A stretch of 64,000 nt of DNA. Origin: Octopus bimaculoides. Its lineage: Eukaryota. The stretch covers positions 92,812,965-92,876,964 of the forward strand of contig NC_068990.1 in NCBI RefSeq assembly GCF_001194135.2. Reading direction: 5' to 3'. Under the pieces are notes generated by a model. It was not told the DNA's origin and searched no databases. It saw only the letters and a program-made list of their open reading frames with translations. Below are positions 52,024-63,791 of this stretch, piece by piece; the stretch's first letter is position 1, and each line of letters begins with the position of its first letter. Made by a program: the position numbers and the translations under genes.

Positions 52024-52772
52024 GCAACTTATACACAAGTAAATACAGTAATTCGATTTCAGTAATCCAGCATGACTACAGATTAATTGATAATAGTCAA
52101 TATGCGAAAGTGTAAAAGCTTTTGTCTTCAGAGGAATAACTCCCATCCAAGTGTCTCGGACCAACTAACCCTTTTGCGAGAAGGGGTCTATATATATGCG
52201 GCATATATATAGGCGAAAACGAAAGATAGCCTATTTGAAAATAAACAGTAATTAAAATCTAGCACGAACTTCATTCACCAAATATACATATACGAGTCAA
52301 CCTCTACGTGTTCAATCTAGGAGTAGCAGCCAAATATCCCTCAAATAAAAACAAAACAAACATTACGCTTGAATAAATGATAAAGGGGTCATTTATTCAA
52401 GCATTAGAACAATTTTGATCATGTGTTTGCTCGGTCAGGGCTGATATGAAACTATCACAGTAAGTATTATCTTCAAATTTATTCAATTCTGGATTATTAA
52501 CAGAAAATCCGACCAGATTGTGTATGTATATATCTTCGTATATGTCCGACAACAGCCCTGAATTAAAGCCAGTGCTTTTTATGCGTGTGTGAAGATAAAA
52601 TGCATGCATTATGGTGTTTCCCCTATCTGTATTTATTTGTGGTCCTGTAGTTATGCCGTCGTTTCAACAACGACAGTAAATCGAAACAAACGAATAAATA
52701 CGACAGTCATCAATGTAAAACCAACTGCAAAAAGTCAAATAAAGTTACAAAAATAGGAGAAGAAATACTTAC

Positions 52773-52860
52773 AATGTTGACAAAAGTCCAAGAAGATCTT
52801 AAAGACATAGGAAAACGCACGTGTCACCCGACGACACCGTAAATGATGCTAACTTAACAC
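52773..52860 (-). promoter_or_regulatory. Probable non-coding exon 1 / TSS region of HEATR1 with an E-box
   Basis: Strong donor GTAAGT starts at 52772 on the minus strand, and the ATG exon has an acceptor at 50473 only 7 nt before ATG. The region is locally CpG-retaining, with CACGTG at 52818-52823. The exon's 5' end is a guess. Confidence 0.6.
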
Positions 52861-53106
52861 AACACTTTAGTATAAAATAACCTTGGGAGCTAAAATAACT
52901 TATTAACAGAAAATCTTTTTAAAATATCAATGTTAGAAAAATAGGCTATAAATTCTCTGTTTATGAAGACATTCAAAACTTGTTAAATAAATATTTTTAA
53001 TTGTATAATACGAAACTACCACATTTTATACATCCTGAGAGAGAGAGGTGGAGGGATAAAGAGAGGGACGGAGAGAGAGAGGGGAGGGAGGGAGGGAGAG
53101 AGAGAG

Positions 53107-53731
53107 NNNNNNNNNNNNNNNNNNNNNNNNNNNNNNNNNNNNNNNNNNNNNNNNNNNNNNNNNNNNNNNNNNNNNNNNNNNNNNNNNNNNNNNNNNNNNN
53201 NNNNNNNNNNNNNNNNNNNNNNNNNNNNNNNNNNNNNNNNNNNNNNNNNNNNNNNNNNNNNNNNNNNNNNNNNNNNNNNNNNNNNNNNNNNNNNNNNNNN
53301 NNNNNNNNNNNNNNNNNNNNNNNNNNNNNNNNNNNNNNNNNNNNNNNNNNNNNNNNNNNNNNNNNNNNNNNNNNNNNNNNNNNNNNNNNNNNNNNNNNNN
53401 NNNNNNNNNNNNNNNNNNNNNNNNNNNNNNNNNNNNNNNNNNNNNNNNNNNNNNNNNNNNNNNNNNNNNNNNNNNNNNNNNNNNNNNNNNNNNNNNNNNN
53501 NNNNNNNNNNNNNNNNNNNNNNNNNNNNNNNNNNNNNNNNNNNNNNNNNNNNNNNNNNNNNNNNNNNNNNNNNNNNNNNNNNNNNNNNNNNNNNNNNNNN
53601 NNNNNNNNNNNNNNNNNNNNNNNNNNNNNNNNNNNNNNNNNNNNNNNNNNNNNNNNNNNNNNNNNNNNNNNNNNNNNNNNNNNNNNNNNNNNNNNNNNNN
53701 NNNNNNNNNNNNNNNNNNNNNNNNNNNNNNN
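53107..53731. other. Assembly gap (625 N)
   Basis: N run after an (AG)-rich tract. A second 10-N gap lies at 20764-20773 after poly-G. Confidence 1.
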
Positions 53732-54057
53732 ACAAGAATTGCGTAGTTGTTTTCCTCGGAAAATAACAGACTACCAGTTTGCCCGAACTTTTTTTCTTGT
53801 TAATCTTTACCATAACTGTGATTTACAGGCGTTAAACTTTAAAATGCGAGTGCCCACACCCAAGGACACTACTGCAACATTATTGTAACACTTGTATAAC
53901 ACCCAAGAACACTTTACAACGTCCTATTATCCTTCAGATAATCGCGTATAAATCTCTTTACTAATAAAATTTCTACTGAATTTAATTAAACGTCTTGATT
54001 ATAACTGTGAGAGTTTACTGATCTTCTCTGTACTGATTTGTTTTCCTCTTCTTTCAG

Positions 54058-57000
54058 ATATGTCCCAGCAGTCAGAGGTTGGTGACAAGTTGCTGTCAAT
54101 TACACCAGAAGGAGAATGCAAAGACTTCAGCCAAATCATATCCAAATAAAATAATCAGAGCTTCTCCAGAAACCAGTATACGTTACTTAGAGAGCAATGG
54201 TAAATTCGACATTCCATTGTTCTATTGTTCTACATTTTTAAATTCCTTTATGTGTTTCAGCCTTGAGGCTGTGGCCATCCTGGGACACTGCCATATAAAC
54301 TTTTTTTAAAAATTTTATATTTGCAACTTTCTGAAGTGCAGTCCTTCACTCTCTGTAGTGTAGTTCTTCACTCAGAGAAGTCGTGTCTTTCACTCGATGT
54401 TAAATCATCTTCATTGTGTCAATGTCTTCTTTTCCATGGTTGCTGGATGCTTTTTCTGTTACCATCCTTCATCTGCTTCCACATAAGGTGATATTTCTGC
54501 CTGGCTGGACATGTTTTTCATGGAAAATTGCAGACGGAAGACATCACTTGCATGAGGGTGATACTCATTCACAACAATCGTGTGATCATAAGAAGACAGT
54601 AACACACACACACACACACAATATATATACACAAAACCAAACCCTCTCATATTCGTTGCCCATGTTTCACTGCAATAAACCATCGGACTTCTTACACTAC
54701 TCATAGTCCTCTTCGTTCCCTGCCTCTGTAGCTTTCATATACATTTGCACATCTTACACATACATGTAATCTCCTACATTCACTGCCCTTGTTTTACTGC
54801 TATATGCTACATGTTTCCATGACTAAGTAACTGTGATCGTATTCTTTTGTAGCCTACAAAGAAACCTATGGTGACAAGCTTGTGTGGGAGTTGTACAGAA
54901 GAAATTTCAAGGGACAATACCCTCCACCAACCAGAAAAAAGTGCATTGTAAATATCTTTTTTAATTTTTTTTCAACAATGTGACAGAAAATTCTCCCATA
55001 TTTTACCAGGCCATTGGTTTGGTGTTAGTGAAGTTAGGCACGTGCTAATGGTGTTTTTGTGTACGAGGGTGATTAGGTTTCTGCCAAGTTTTTTTCCTTT
55101 TAATTAATCCACAAAGAAATGTTTAATCACCAGCATTTTTAGAAATTTATTTATTAAAAATAAATCAATGCAAAAGAAGAAACTGACCAATTGACTCTCT
55201 CTATTATACATATAGGTGGGTGCAAGAGTAGCTGTGTTCTTGTTAAGAAACTTGCTTCCCAACCACATGGTCTTAAATTCAGTCCCACTGCGTGGCATCT
55301 TGAGCAAGTGTCTTCTACTATAGCTCTGGGCTGACCAATGCTCTGTGAGTGAATTTAGCAGATGGAAACTGTGTGGAAGCTTGTCATGTGTGTATATGTC
55401 TTTGTGTCTGCGTTACCAAACAATGCTTGACAACTGGTGTTGGTTTGTTTACATCCCAGTATCTTAGCAGCTTTAGCAAAAGAGGCCGATAAAATATGTA
55501 ACAGGCTTTATAAAACATAAGTACTAAAACCCTTTGAACCAGTGCCCCAGCATGGCCATAGTCCAACGACTGACTGAAACAAGTGAAAGATCAAATATAA
55601 ACACCATGTTTTATTTTGATACTAGCAGAGATACCCGGCGTTGCTTGGGATTAAAATGGCAGCTTTTTATTCTTTTACTTGTTTCAGTCATTTGACTGTG
55701 GCCATGCTGGAGTACCGCCTTTTGTCAAACAGAAAGAGGGAGGGGGAGGGAGAGAGAAAGAAATAAGTGGGAGGGAGAAAGAAAAGAAAGGAAGAGGGAA
55801 AAAGAAAGAAGGAAAGAAGACAGACTAAAAGAGAGTGTGAGAGAGAGGCTATATTTACTGGTTTATTGTCTTATGAAATCAACTGAATCCAGATTCGTTT
55901 CATTTTTTCAGAGAGCTGAATACATAGCCACAGGTAATCCCTGTCCAATATGTCGAGATGAATTCCTTGTTTTACACCACACGGTAATTACTTATTGTTT
56001 TCAGCATTGATGTGTGTGAGTGTATGTGCGTATCCTTGTCTTGACATCATGTGATGATTGCAAAAAAGTGATGTTCTTTCAAGTCTTCCATGGCGAGATA
56101 TTGCCATACTTGAAAATAGAGGAGTGTTGGTGACGGGAAGAGCATCCAGGCATAAAACTTTGCTTCAACAAATTCTGTCTGATTCGTGGAAAAGCTAAAA
56201 TGATGATATATGTGTATGTCATAATCTTTAATAAGCAGATATAAAGTGACCCAAGGGATGAGAATTTCATGCATGGCACTTAAGTTTGCCTCATATGCAA
56301 CCCCTGGTCCTTGTGTCACTTTTATAATTTTCTGTCAGTTAAAAAATGAAAATGTTTATATTTTCATGCATTGAGTTCTATCTCTCCTGTAGGTTCTACC
56401 TTTGTGGCACTCTGTCAGTTACAACGATGAGGGTTCCAGTTGATCCGATCAATGGAACAGCCTGCTCGTGAAATTAATGTGCAAGTGGCTGAGCACTCCA
56501 CAGACACATGTACTCTTAATATAGTTCTCGGGGAGATTCAGCCTGACACAGAGTGTGACAAGGCTGGCCCCTTTAAAATACAGGCACAACAGAAACAGGA
56601 AGAAAGAGTGAGAGAAAGTTGTGGTGAAAGAGTACAGCAGGATCCACCACCAACCCCTGCTGGAGTCTCATGGAGCTTTAGGTGTTTTCACTCAAACACT
56701 CACGACTAGTCTGGGAATCGAAACTGATCCTATGACTGCCAGTCCACTGGGCCATTGCGCCTCCACATTGGTTCTACCAAACCTATAATGTGTATGTATG
56801 TGTGTATATATATTACACATAGCTATAAAACAATGTCCCAATAATAAATATGTCTAACCCAAGCAAACAAATGGTTGCACCACTTATTGAGACCTTTATA
56901 AATTTCACCTCTGTCACTAACTCCAACTATATTTTGTACCTTTATGTCTCAGATTTACGCCTAAGAACAATAATCCCCCAATTTCTGCCAGGAGACATTT

Positions 57001-58240
57001 GTTACTCATTCTGTGTTTTATTTGTGTTAAAGAATGTGAAACTTTTGCAACAGTTCATCTGTCCACATAGTGGAGAAATTCTTCCTTCAATAAAAACTGG
57101 AATTTGTCACCAAACATTTAGAACACTTCAAATAGAAGTAGCCATTGCTATTGATCTAGGTAAGTTCTTTTGTGTTCTCTGGAATAATGTCTACTTTTGC
57201 ATTGGGATTTAACTTTTGACAGATGTACATTCAGCAATCTTCGTAGTAAGGATGAAACCCAGCACAGTTCTCTCAGAACCATCAATTCAGTAAATGTCTT
57301 TCTGACATAATTGTCACAGTGAACCTTATCTTAGTCAATATGGTTTTAAGAGGAATTGCAGAACTAATACTGATAGATTTAGCTTGAAGGTGGCCTTGAT
57401 ATTGCAAACTGATAGATTGTTTGATGCTCCAACTTTTCAACCTTTATAATAATAATCCTTTCTACTGTAGGCACAACGCTTGACGTTTGATTTGAACTCA
57501 GAATCTAGAGATGAATGGAATGTCACTAAACATTTCGTCTGGCATGTTAACAGTTCTGCCAGTGTGCTGCCTTAATAAATAATGGTTTCAAATTTTGGCA
57601 GAGCACCAGCAGTTTTTGAAGGGATGCGACAGTCAATTGCATCAACCTTACTCCTTGATCGACTCCAGGAGGATAGATTACGAAAAGTTTGGGCGATCCT
57701 TTGTTTTGGCTTGAAAAATGTAAACAATGAATTCGGTAGTTTCTGTGACTACATGTTGTCATGGTAACTGTCAGTTGACGTATTGAAATGGGAAGAGAAA
57801 GCTAATGGGTTATGCATGCATGCTTGTTCCTCTGTGTGTGTGTGTGTGCATGCTTGTACACAGAGGAACAAGCATGCACGCACGCACACACACACAAACA
57901 AACAAGAACAAGCACGCACGCACAACCCATTAGCTTTCTCTTCACATTTCGATAAGTCAACTGACAGTTGACAAGACAACACGTGGTCACAGAAACTCCA
58001 GAATTCATCGAGTCAAAACAAAAGATGAAAGTTCGTACAGCATTAAAATGTCAACAGATTTCACTATTTTTTTTTTCTAAGATGGAAATTGGCAAAATTG
58101 TTAGATAATTTATCTTAATTTTCATTTTACCTTCTCCAGATCAATTATAAATTATTAGTACTGATTCCTCTTATCTTACAGGTATAATAGAAATGGCGGT
58201 ACCATTTCGGAAATACAACTACAGTGATTACATTGATTGA
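54058..58240 (+). CDS. MRPS18B: Mitochondrial ribosomal protein S18B (mS40); N-terminal exon not visible
   Basis: Phase-consistent exons 54058-54199 (..ASPETSIRYLESN), 54853-54947 (AYKETYGDKLVWELYRRNFKGQYPPPTRKKCI), 55912-55983 (RAEYIATGNPCPICRDEFLVLHHT), 57033-57159 (NVKLLQQFICPHSGEILPSIKTGIC..), 58182-58240 (GIIEMAVPFRKYNYSDYID*). These match the S18B motifs YRRNxKG, TRKxCI, NPCPICRD and NVKLLxQF. About 164 aa are visible; the start is probably in the N gap. Confidence 0.92.
55221..55590 (+). mobile_element. tRNA-derived CORE-type SINE, full-length copy
   Basis: Colinear with 43135-43499. Confidence 0.75.
56402..56766 (-). mobile_element. Another tRNA-derived SINE family (about 365 bp)
   Basis: The minus strand starts GTGGAGGCGCAATGGCCCAGTGG (A box) and has GTTTCGATTCCC (B box), followed by a long unique body. 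Confidence 0.65.
57745..57991. repeat. Foldback element / long inverted repeat
   Basis: Arms of about 80 bp (..TAACTGTCAGTTGAC..GAAGAGAAAGCTAATGGGTT / AACCCATTAGCTTTCTCTTC..GTCAACTGACAGTT..) and a nested IR TGCATGCTTGTTCCTCTGTG / CACAGAGGAACAAGCATGCA. Confidence 0.85.
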
Positions 58241-58408
58241 AAATAAATATTTCTCGACCATTAGACAATATTCTGTCATTCTTTTAACCATTTCCTGCAA
58301 TAAAACACAAAAAGAAAGAAAGCCAGACTTTCACTTCACTAATAATAATTTATTATATAATAGAATATTGTTTTTTTTTTTTGTTTTCTCCCCCCACCCC
58401 ACTACTAA

Positions 58409-61400
58409 TCATACTATTGAAATACCAGGAGTTGTAGGGTTTCGTAACATCGAACTGTCCAGTTGCATCTCTGCAGTATCTAATGGCGGCAGGTTATTAG
58501 TTAAGCTGTTCACTCCAACAATCTCACTTGATAAAGCTGTTTCTTTTATCATTGATTCTGGCAAATATTCTGTAAAGAAGAGAAGTTTTGTTTTAAAATA
58601 CATCTTTTCACATATGGCTTTCTCATTTAAACATATTTCATATTAAAAAGTTTATGAAACACATGGAATATTAGGAAGGGCATCCAGCTGTAGAAACCAG
58701 ACCAAAACAGACAGTTCTCTAGCTGGCCTTTCACACTGTCCAACCCATGCCACCATGGAAAGTGGACACTAAACAAGGAGATATATATATAAAAAAGGAT
58801 TTACTTTACGTAATGAGATAAAAAAACCAAGGCTGTGTATATTTTAGAACATTTATAAATAGGTCTTACAGTTAATTGACACCACTAACGCTCACAACCT
58901 ATATACACATATATAGAAAACATCAATGAAACAGATATTTAACACCTCAAAGGTAACAAGAAAACCAAACTTTACCATTTTTCTGTAGAGCTTCTTTCTT
59001 CAAGACTACAATTTCTCCTCGCAATTTTAAGATATGAGACTGTAAATTCTGGTTTACTTTCATAACACTGTCAAATTTGGCTTCACTCACCTGTAAAGAA
59101 TAAAGGGAGAAAGTCACTTGACGTCCAGTCTACAGCCAACTTAATTACCTTATTAGCTTAAGCTCTCTTCTAATCGTTTAGTTTCTGAAAGATAAAAACT
59201 GAAAAATATTCAAACAGAAAGAAGTGTTTCCTTATAGCAAGACAGCAAAGTTAAATCTCACTGCAGCCATGGCATCCTTAGACAAGGAACGACTTGGTTT
59301 GGAGTCCTGTGAATTGCATGGCGTCCTTACTAGAGCTGGTAGCATGAAAAAGGCACTGAGTACATGCTGAAAGGAGGTTGGCATTAAGAAGAGCATCCAC
59401 CTGTAGGTACCATACGAAAGCAGACAGTTGAGTTGGGGCAGTGTTTAGCCCCATCAGATTTTATCAAACCACCCAATTCATGTCAGCATGGAACAGGAAC
59501 ATTATATAACCATGTCACCTTTTCTGCCCCTCAGTACAATTTCCCCACAGTTAAGGGGTCGTGTCCAGCTAGTTACTTACTGACCTCTCTGCTGCTGGTG
59601 CCACATAAAAAAGCACCCAGTCCACACTCTGTAGTGGTTGGAATTAGGAAGGGCATCCAGCAGGGATTGGTGCAGTTTTCTGATTAGCAAGCTCCTGTCA
59701 AACCATCCAACCCATGCCAGCATGAAAGGAGGACAGTAAATTATGATGATAATGATGCTATATATATATTAGTAAAATAGTTCATAAGAACAAAGCCTTA
59801 AATTTGGGGGAATGGGAACAGTCACTCCCCTACCCTCTCAGCAGAGTCAGTAAAATATTCCAATATATTCTTCAGTCAACTTACTCGAATTTGTTCTCCA
59901 AACTTGTTCCTGACATTATCCAGACATTTCTTCAGCTCTTCAACAGTAATGTCCTAAAATAAACAAGAAATTAATTTAGTATTGTTGTTGCTGATGTTGT
60001 TGTAATGTTAACAACAGACACACCTATTAATGTCACAATAACTAACATCGTATTTGTACAAATATTGTCATAGTAGTACAAGGATTGTCATAACAGTATA
60101 GCTAATGTCGTCATAGAACAGGCAAGATCATAGTTGTACAGGTTATGGCAATACAACAGGTAAAAGTATAGCAGTAGCTAATGTTGCAGAAGAAAAGGTG
60201 AAAATCAAAGTAGTCCAGGTAGTGTCATAGAGATAATGTCATAAAAGGACAGGTCAGGTCAGTAGTACAAGTACTGTCATAGCAGTATAGGTAATGTCAT
60301 AATAGGCAAGGTCATAGTAGTGCAGATAAATGTCAAAATCATGCAGGTAGTCTTATTACAGGTAAGAGGACAGGTAATGCCATGGCACTACAGAAAATAT
60401 ACAGAAAGGTTGTAATCAATAAATTAGCTAAGAAATACTTTAGACTTGTTGTTTTCGTCAAGTTCTTGCCATCTGGACTTCCAGTTCTCAGCCACAACTT
60501 CCCTTTGTTGCAAACATTTTTTCAATTCTAGAAACAAAAAATGGTAGAGAAAAAAAAAACAACAAAAAACGTATTTCCAGTTTACTCACATAACAATGTT
60601 AGACATGTGGCTCTAACGTGGCTTTAAATTAGTTACAGTAATGTTCTACATGTGAATCATAACATATTTGGCTAGCATAATGTTCTACATGTGACTGTGT
60701 GGCACCTTGGGCAAGTGTCTTCATCGATAGCCCAGGACAACCAAAGCTTTGCAAATGAATTAAGTAGGCAGGAACTGAAAGAAGATTATATATATAATGT
60801 GATGGTGCCACGTAAAAACCATTCAGTCCATTCTGTGGAGTGGTTGGTGCTAGGAAGGGCATCCAGCCATAAAAAAATCCTGCCAAAACAGACACAGAGG
60901 TCTGTCCGGCCAACTCCTGTCAAACTGTCCAACCCATGCCAGCATGGAAGGAGGACATTAAACAATGATGATGATATATATATATATATACATACATACA
61001 CCCACAATAAGTGTGTGTATGTATGTATATATAATGTGTATGTTTCTTTGCTTTGACATCATGTGATGGTTGTAAATGAGTGTCACTATTACACAAGTGG
61101 CGGGATTCATTTCCAATCTTCAGTGAGAAAATGTCCAGCCAAGGGGAAATATTTCCTTATTTGAAGGTGAAGGATAGTGACTGGGAGGGTATCCAGCTTT
61201 AGAAAATCTGTCTCATTGAATTCCATCTGACCCACGCAAACATGTAAAAATGGACATGATGATGATGATGACTTGTAACACAACTATAGATTACAGACAC
61301 AGCAATGTTCTACATGTGACCATTTTATTTTAATGTAGCTGCAATTTCCCACCATGCTGCTTGGCTAAAACAAAGTAACACCAAACTTCTCCATATACAA

Positions 61401-63629
61401 CACATTCTATCATTTGCCATCGATGTGGATTAGAAACATTCCATGTCAGGAAGGTCGCCCACTTCAATTGACAGCTACCTTCTATTTATGTGAAAATGGT
61501 AATGAGGAGTTATTTGGTAGAGAGACAAGAGAGCAATTAAAACAAATTCACTGGGTTTACCTTGTGTTTCTTCTTCCAATGTGTTCACATAATGCTGTCT
61601 TTTTTCTTTCTCGTTACACTGATAATAAACACCATCCAGCTTCTCCTGGTATCGTTGCTGGAGTTCTCCCATCAGAAGTAACTCCTTCTGTAGTAGGAAC
61701 ATCTACCAAAGACACACAGTCAAACATTCAAGAATCAGTCATAACAGAATCCAGTGTAAATAGCCGTAAACACAAATCAAGTCGTTGCTGATTTTTAACC
61801 CCAGGTTAGCTTTGACTGAGCAGGTCTATGACCAAAGGTGCTGAAACCAAGATCATTCTGTCTTTTTGTATAAAGGGGTCTACACTATTTAATATGCAAC
61901 TCTTACTCCCACCCACCCTTCTATGGAATGGCCATGTATCTCCTCCATAGCAACACATTTGTTCCTGTTCCTCCATCAGGTTTTAACCTCTCAATATCTG
62001 GCATGAAACTGCCTTCTTCCCCTACACAACACTCAGTCAAGGGTTTTCTTTTAGATTTGCAAGGCAAAATGGCAGTGCCACAATGCTGGTGCTAGAGGGG
62101 GGGAGGGAAGCACCAAGTACACTCTGTAGTATTACAAAGAGCATCCATCTGTAGAAAGCACGCCAGAGCAGACATTGGAGAACGAGATGCAGTTCTCAGA
62201 CTCACTGAATGGTCTAAGCCATGCTACCATGGAAGATTAATGTTAAATGATGATGATGATGATGAAGTGTGATTCGAAGAAGATTTTGTTATTTAAACCC
62301 CCTTGTTAGCTTCTGGTTGAGTAGACCTATGTGATTAAAAGCAATCCAGCCAGGACCATCCCATCGTTGCTCTCTTTGTGCATAGAACCCAAAATGACAT
62401 CCAATGATCCTGAAGGTGTGATTTGAGGGACGTTTAGCTGCTATTCATAGTAGCTGAGCAACACAGACTCCCTTATTAGCACTCAGTTATCATTGTTGCT
62501 GGTGGTGATGATGGTGATGATGATGATAAAGAGGACAATGAAGAAGAAAATAACTTACCTGTTCTTTCAATTTTTCTTTATCTGAAACTTGTTTTTTCAT
62601 TAGTTCCAACCTTTTCTCAGCTTGGAACAATTTCTGGTTTGCCTCTTGAAAATTCTAAATAAAAATATATACATAAAATATAAGATTAAACATTGAAACC
62701 TCTCACCACCACCACCACCACCACCATAATACACAGACATCAAATAATTCTTGAAGTTAGCAATTACTTGGAATTAATTGTAGAATGTAACATTTTCCTG
62801 CAAATGCTTTACAGTTGTAGAGTTGAAAACTTTCTAAGAAGCGTCACCAACTTTTTCTCTCCTTCCAGCTGGAGTAATCATGCATCTCCATTAGATACCC
62901 AGCAAAAAGCCAGCTCCCTCTCTACTAAAACCTCAACTCAGTTGAAGGAGGAAGTTTGTCTTGCAAGTTACTTCACAACCTCACAGCAAGCAATACAGTA
63001 ACATGGTTGGAACCAGGATGGACATCCAGCCACAGAAACCATTCAGAAGCAGACATTGGAACTCGACATGCTTTTCTGGGATGTCAGATTCTGTTGAAAC
63101 ATCCAACCAATGCCAGCATGGAAGATGGACATTAAATGATGATCAACATGATGAACTCACACACAGGTGCAAGTGTGTATATGGTGCAAGTGTGTATATG
63201 TACTCGTCTCGACAATGTGATGGTTGTAAAGGAACATGATTGTCATACAAGCAATGTTATCAGTTTCCAGTCTGCCATGGGGAAACCTTATCTTGCTTGG
63301 AAATATGTGAGGGTTGGCAACAGGAAGAGCATCTGGATGTAAAAATAATCCGTCTCAACAAATTCTGTTTGACCCACGCAAACATAGAAAAGTGGGTGTT
63401 AGATCATGATGATAGACACACATCACCCAGTAACATACACATCGCCCTGCTTCTTCAGTCTCAATATCAACACAATACCAAAGTGTACAAGAGTCTTGTT
63501 AAAAAGATTCAAAATAAAAAAAAAAGACTCACATTTCTATCTTCTTTTGCCATTTTCTCTCTTTCACTGAGATCATTTTTCAAAAGTTCATTTTCAGCTT
63601 TCAATTTCTCACAGAATGCCTGACATACT
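58409..63629 (-). CDS. TSC1: Hamartin (TSC1) C-terminal coiled-coil region, last 7 exons; gene continues right of the window
   Basis: Exons 63533-63629, 62559-62654 (NFQEANQKLFQAEKRLELMKKQVSDKEKLKEQ), 61561-61702 (MFLLQKELLLMGELQQRYQEKL..), 60439-60527, 59885-59953, 58976-59090 (VSEAKFDSVMKVNQNLQSHILKL..), 58409-58569 (stop TGA). Phases match. The peptides resemble the recalled human TSC1 stretches [39 protein letters not shown] and [22 protein letters not shown]. Confidence 0.8.
60060..60395. repeat. Degenerate minisatellite (about 20-bp unit GTCATAGTAGTACAGGTAAT)
   Basis: Recurring GTCATAG/CAGGTAA words throughout. Confidence 0.6.
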
Positions 63630-63791
63630 CTGAGAAGAAAAATAAAGTCGTTTTAGTCTGGGCAGCTAAATGCAGCATCAGCGAACGTTTTATTCACTTC
63701 TTCCTATATCAGTGATAACGTAAAAAGTGGGATGGTCATGACTGGAACAGCTTTGATTATAGGTCTGAGACTAAATAACAATTGTCATAAC

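Noticed and set aside
53001-53888. Long ORFs 53001-53888 and 53016-53813
   Set aside because: They are artefacts of translating through 625 N.
54060-54150. ATG at 54060 (MSQQSE..) as the MRPS18B start
   Set aside because: It is out of frame with the conserved ETSIRYL peptide and stops after 29 codons.
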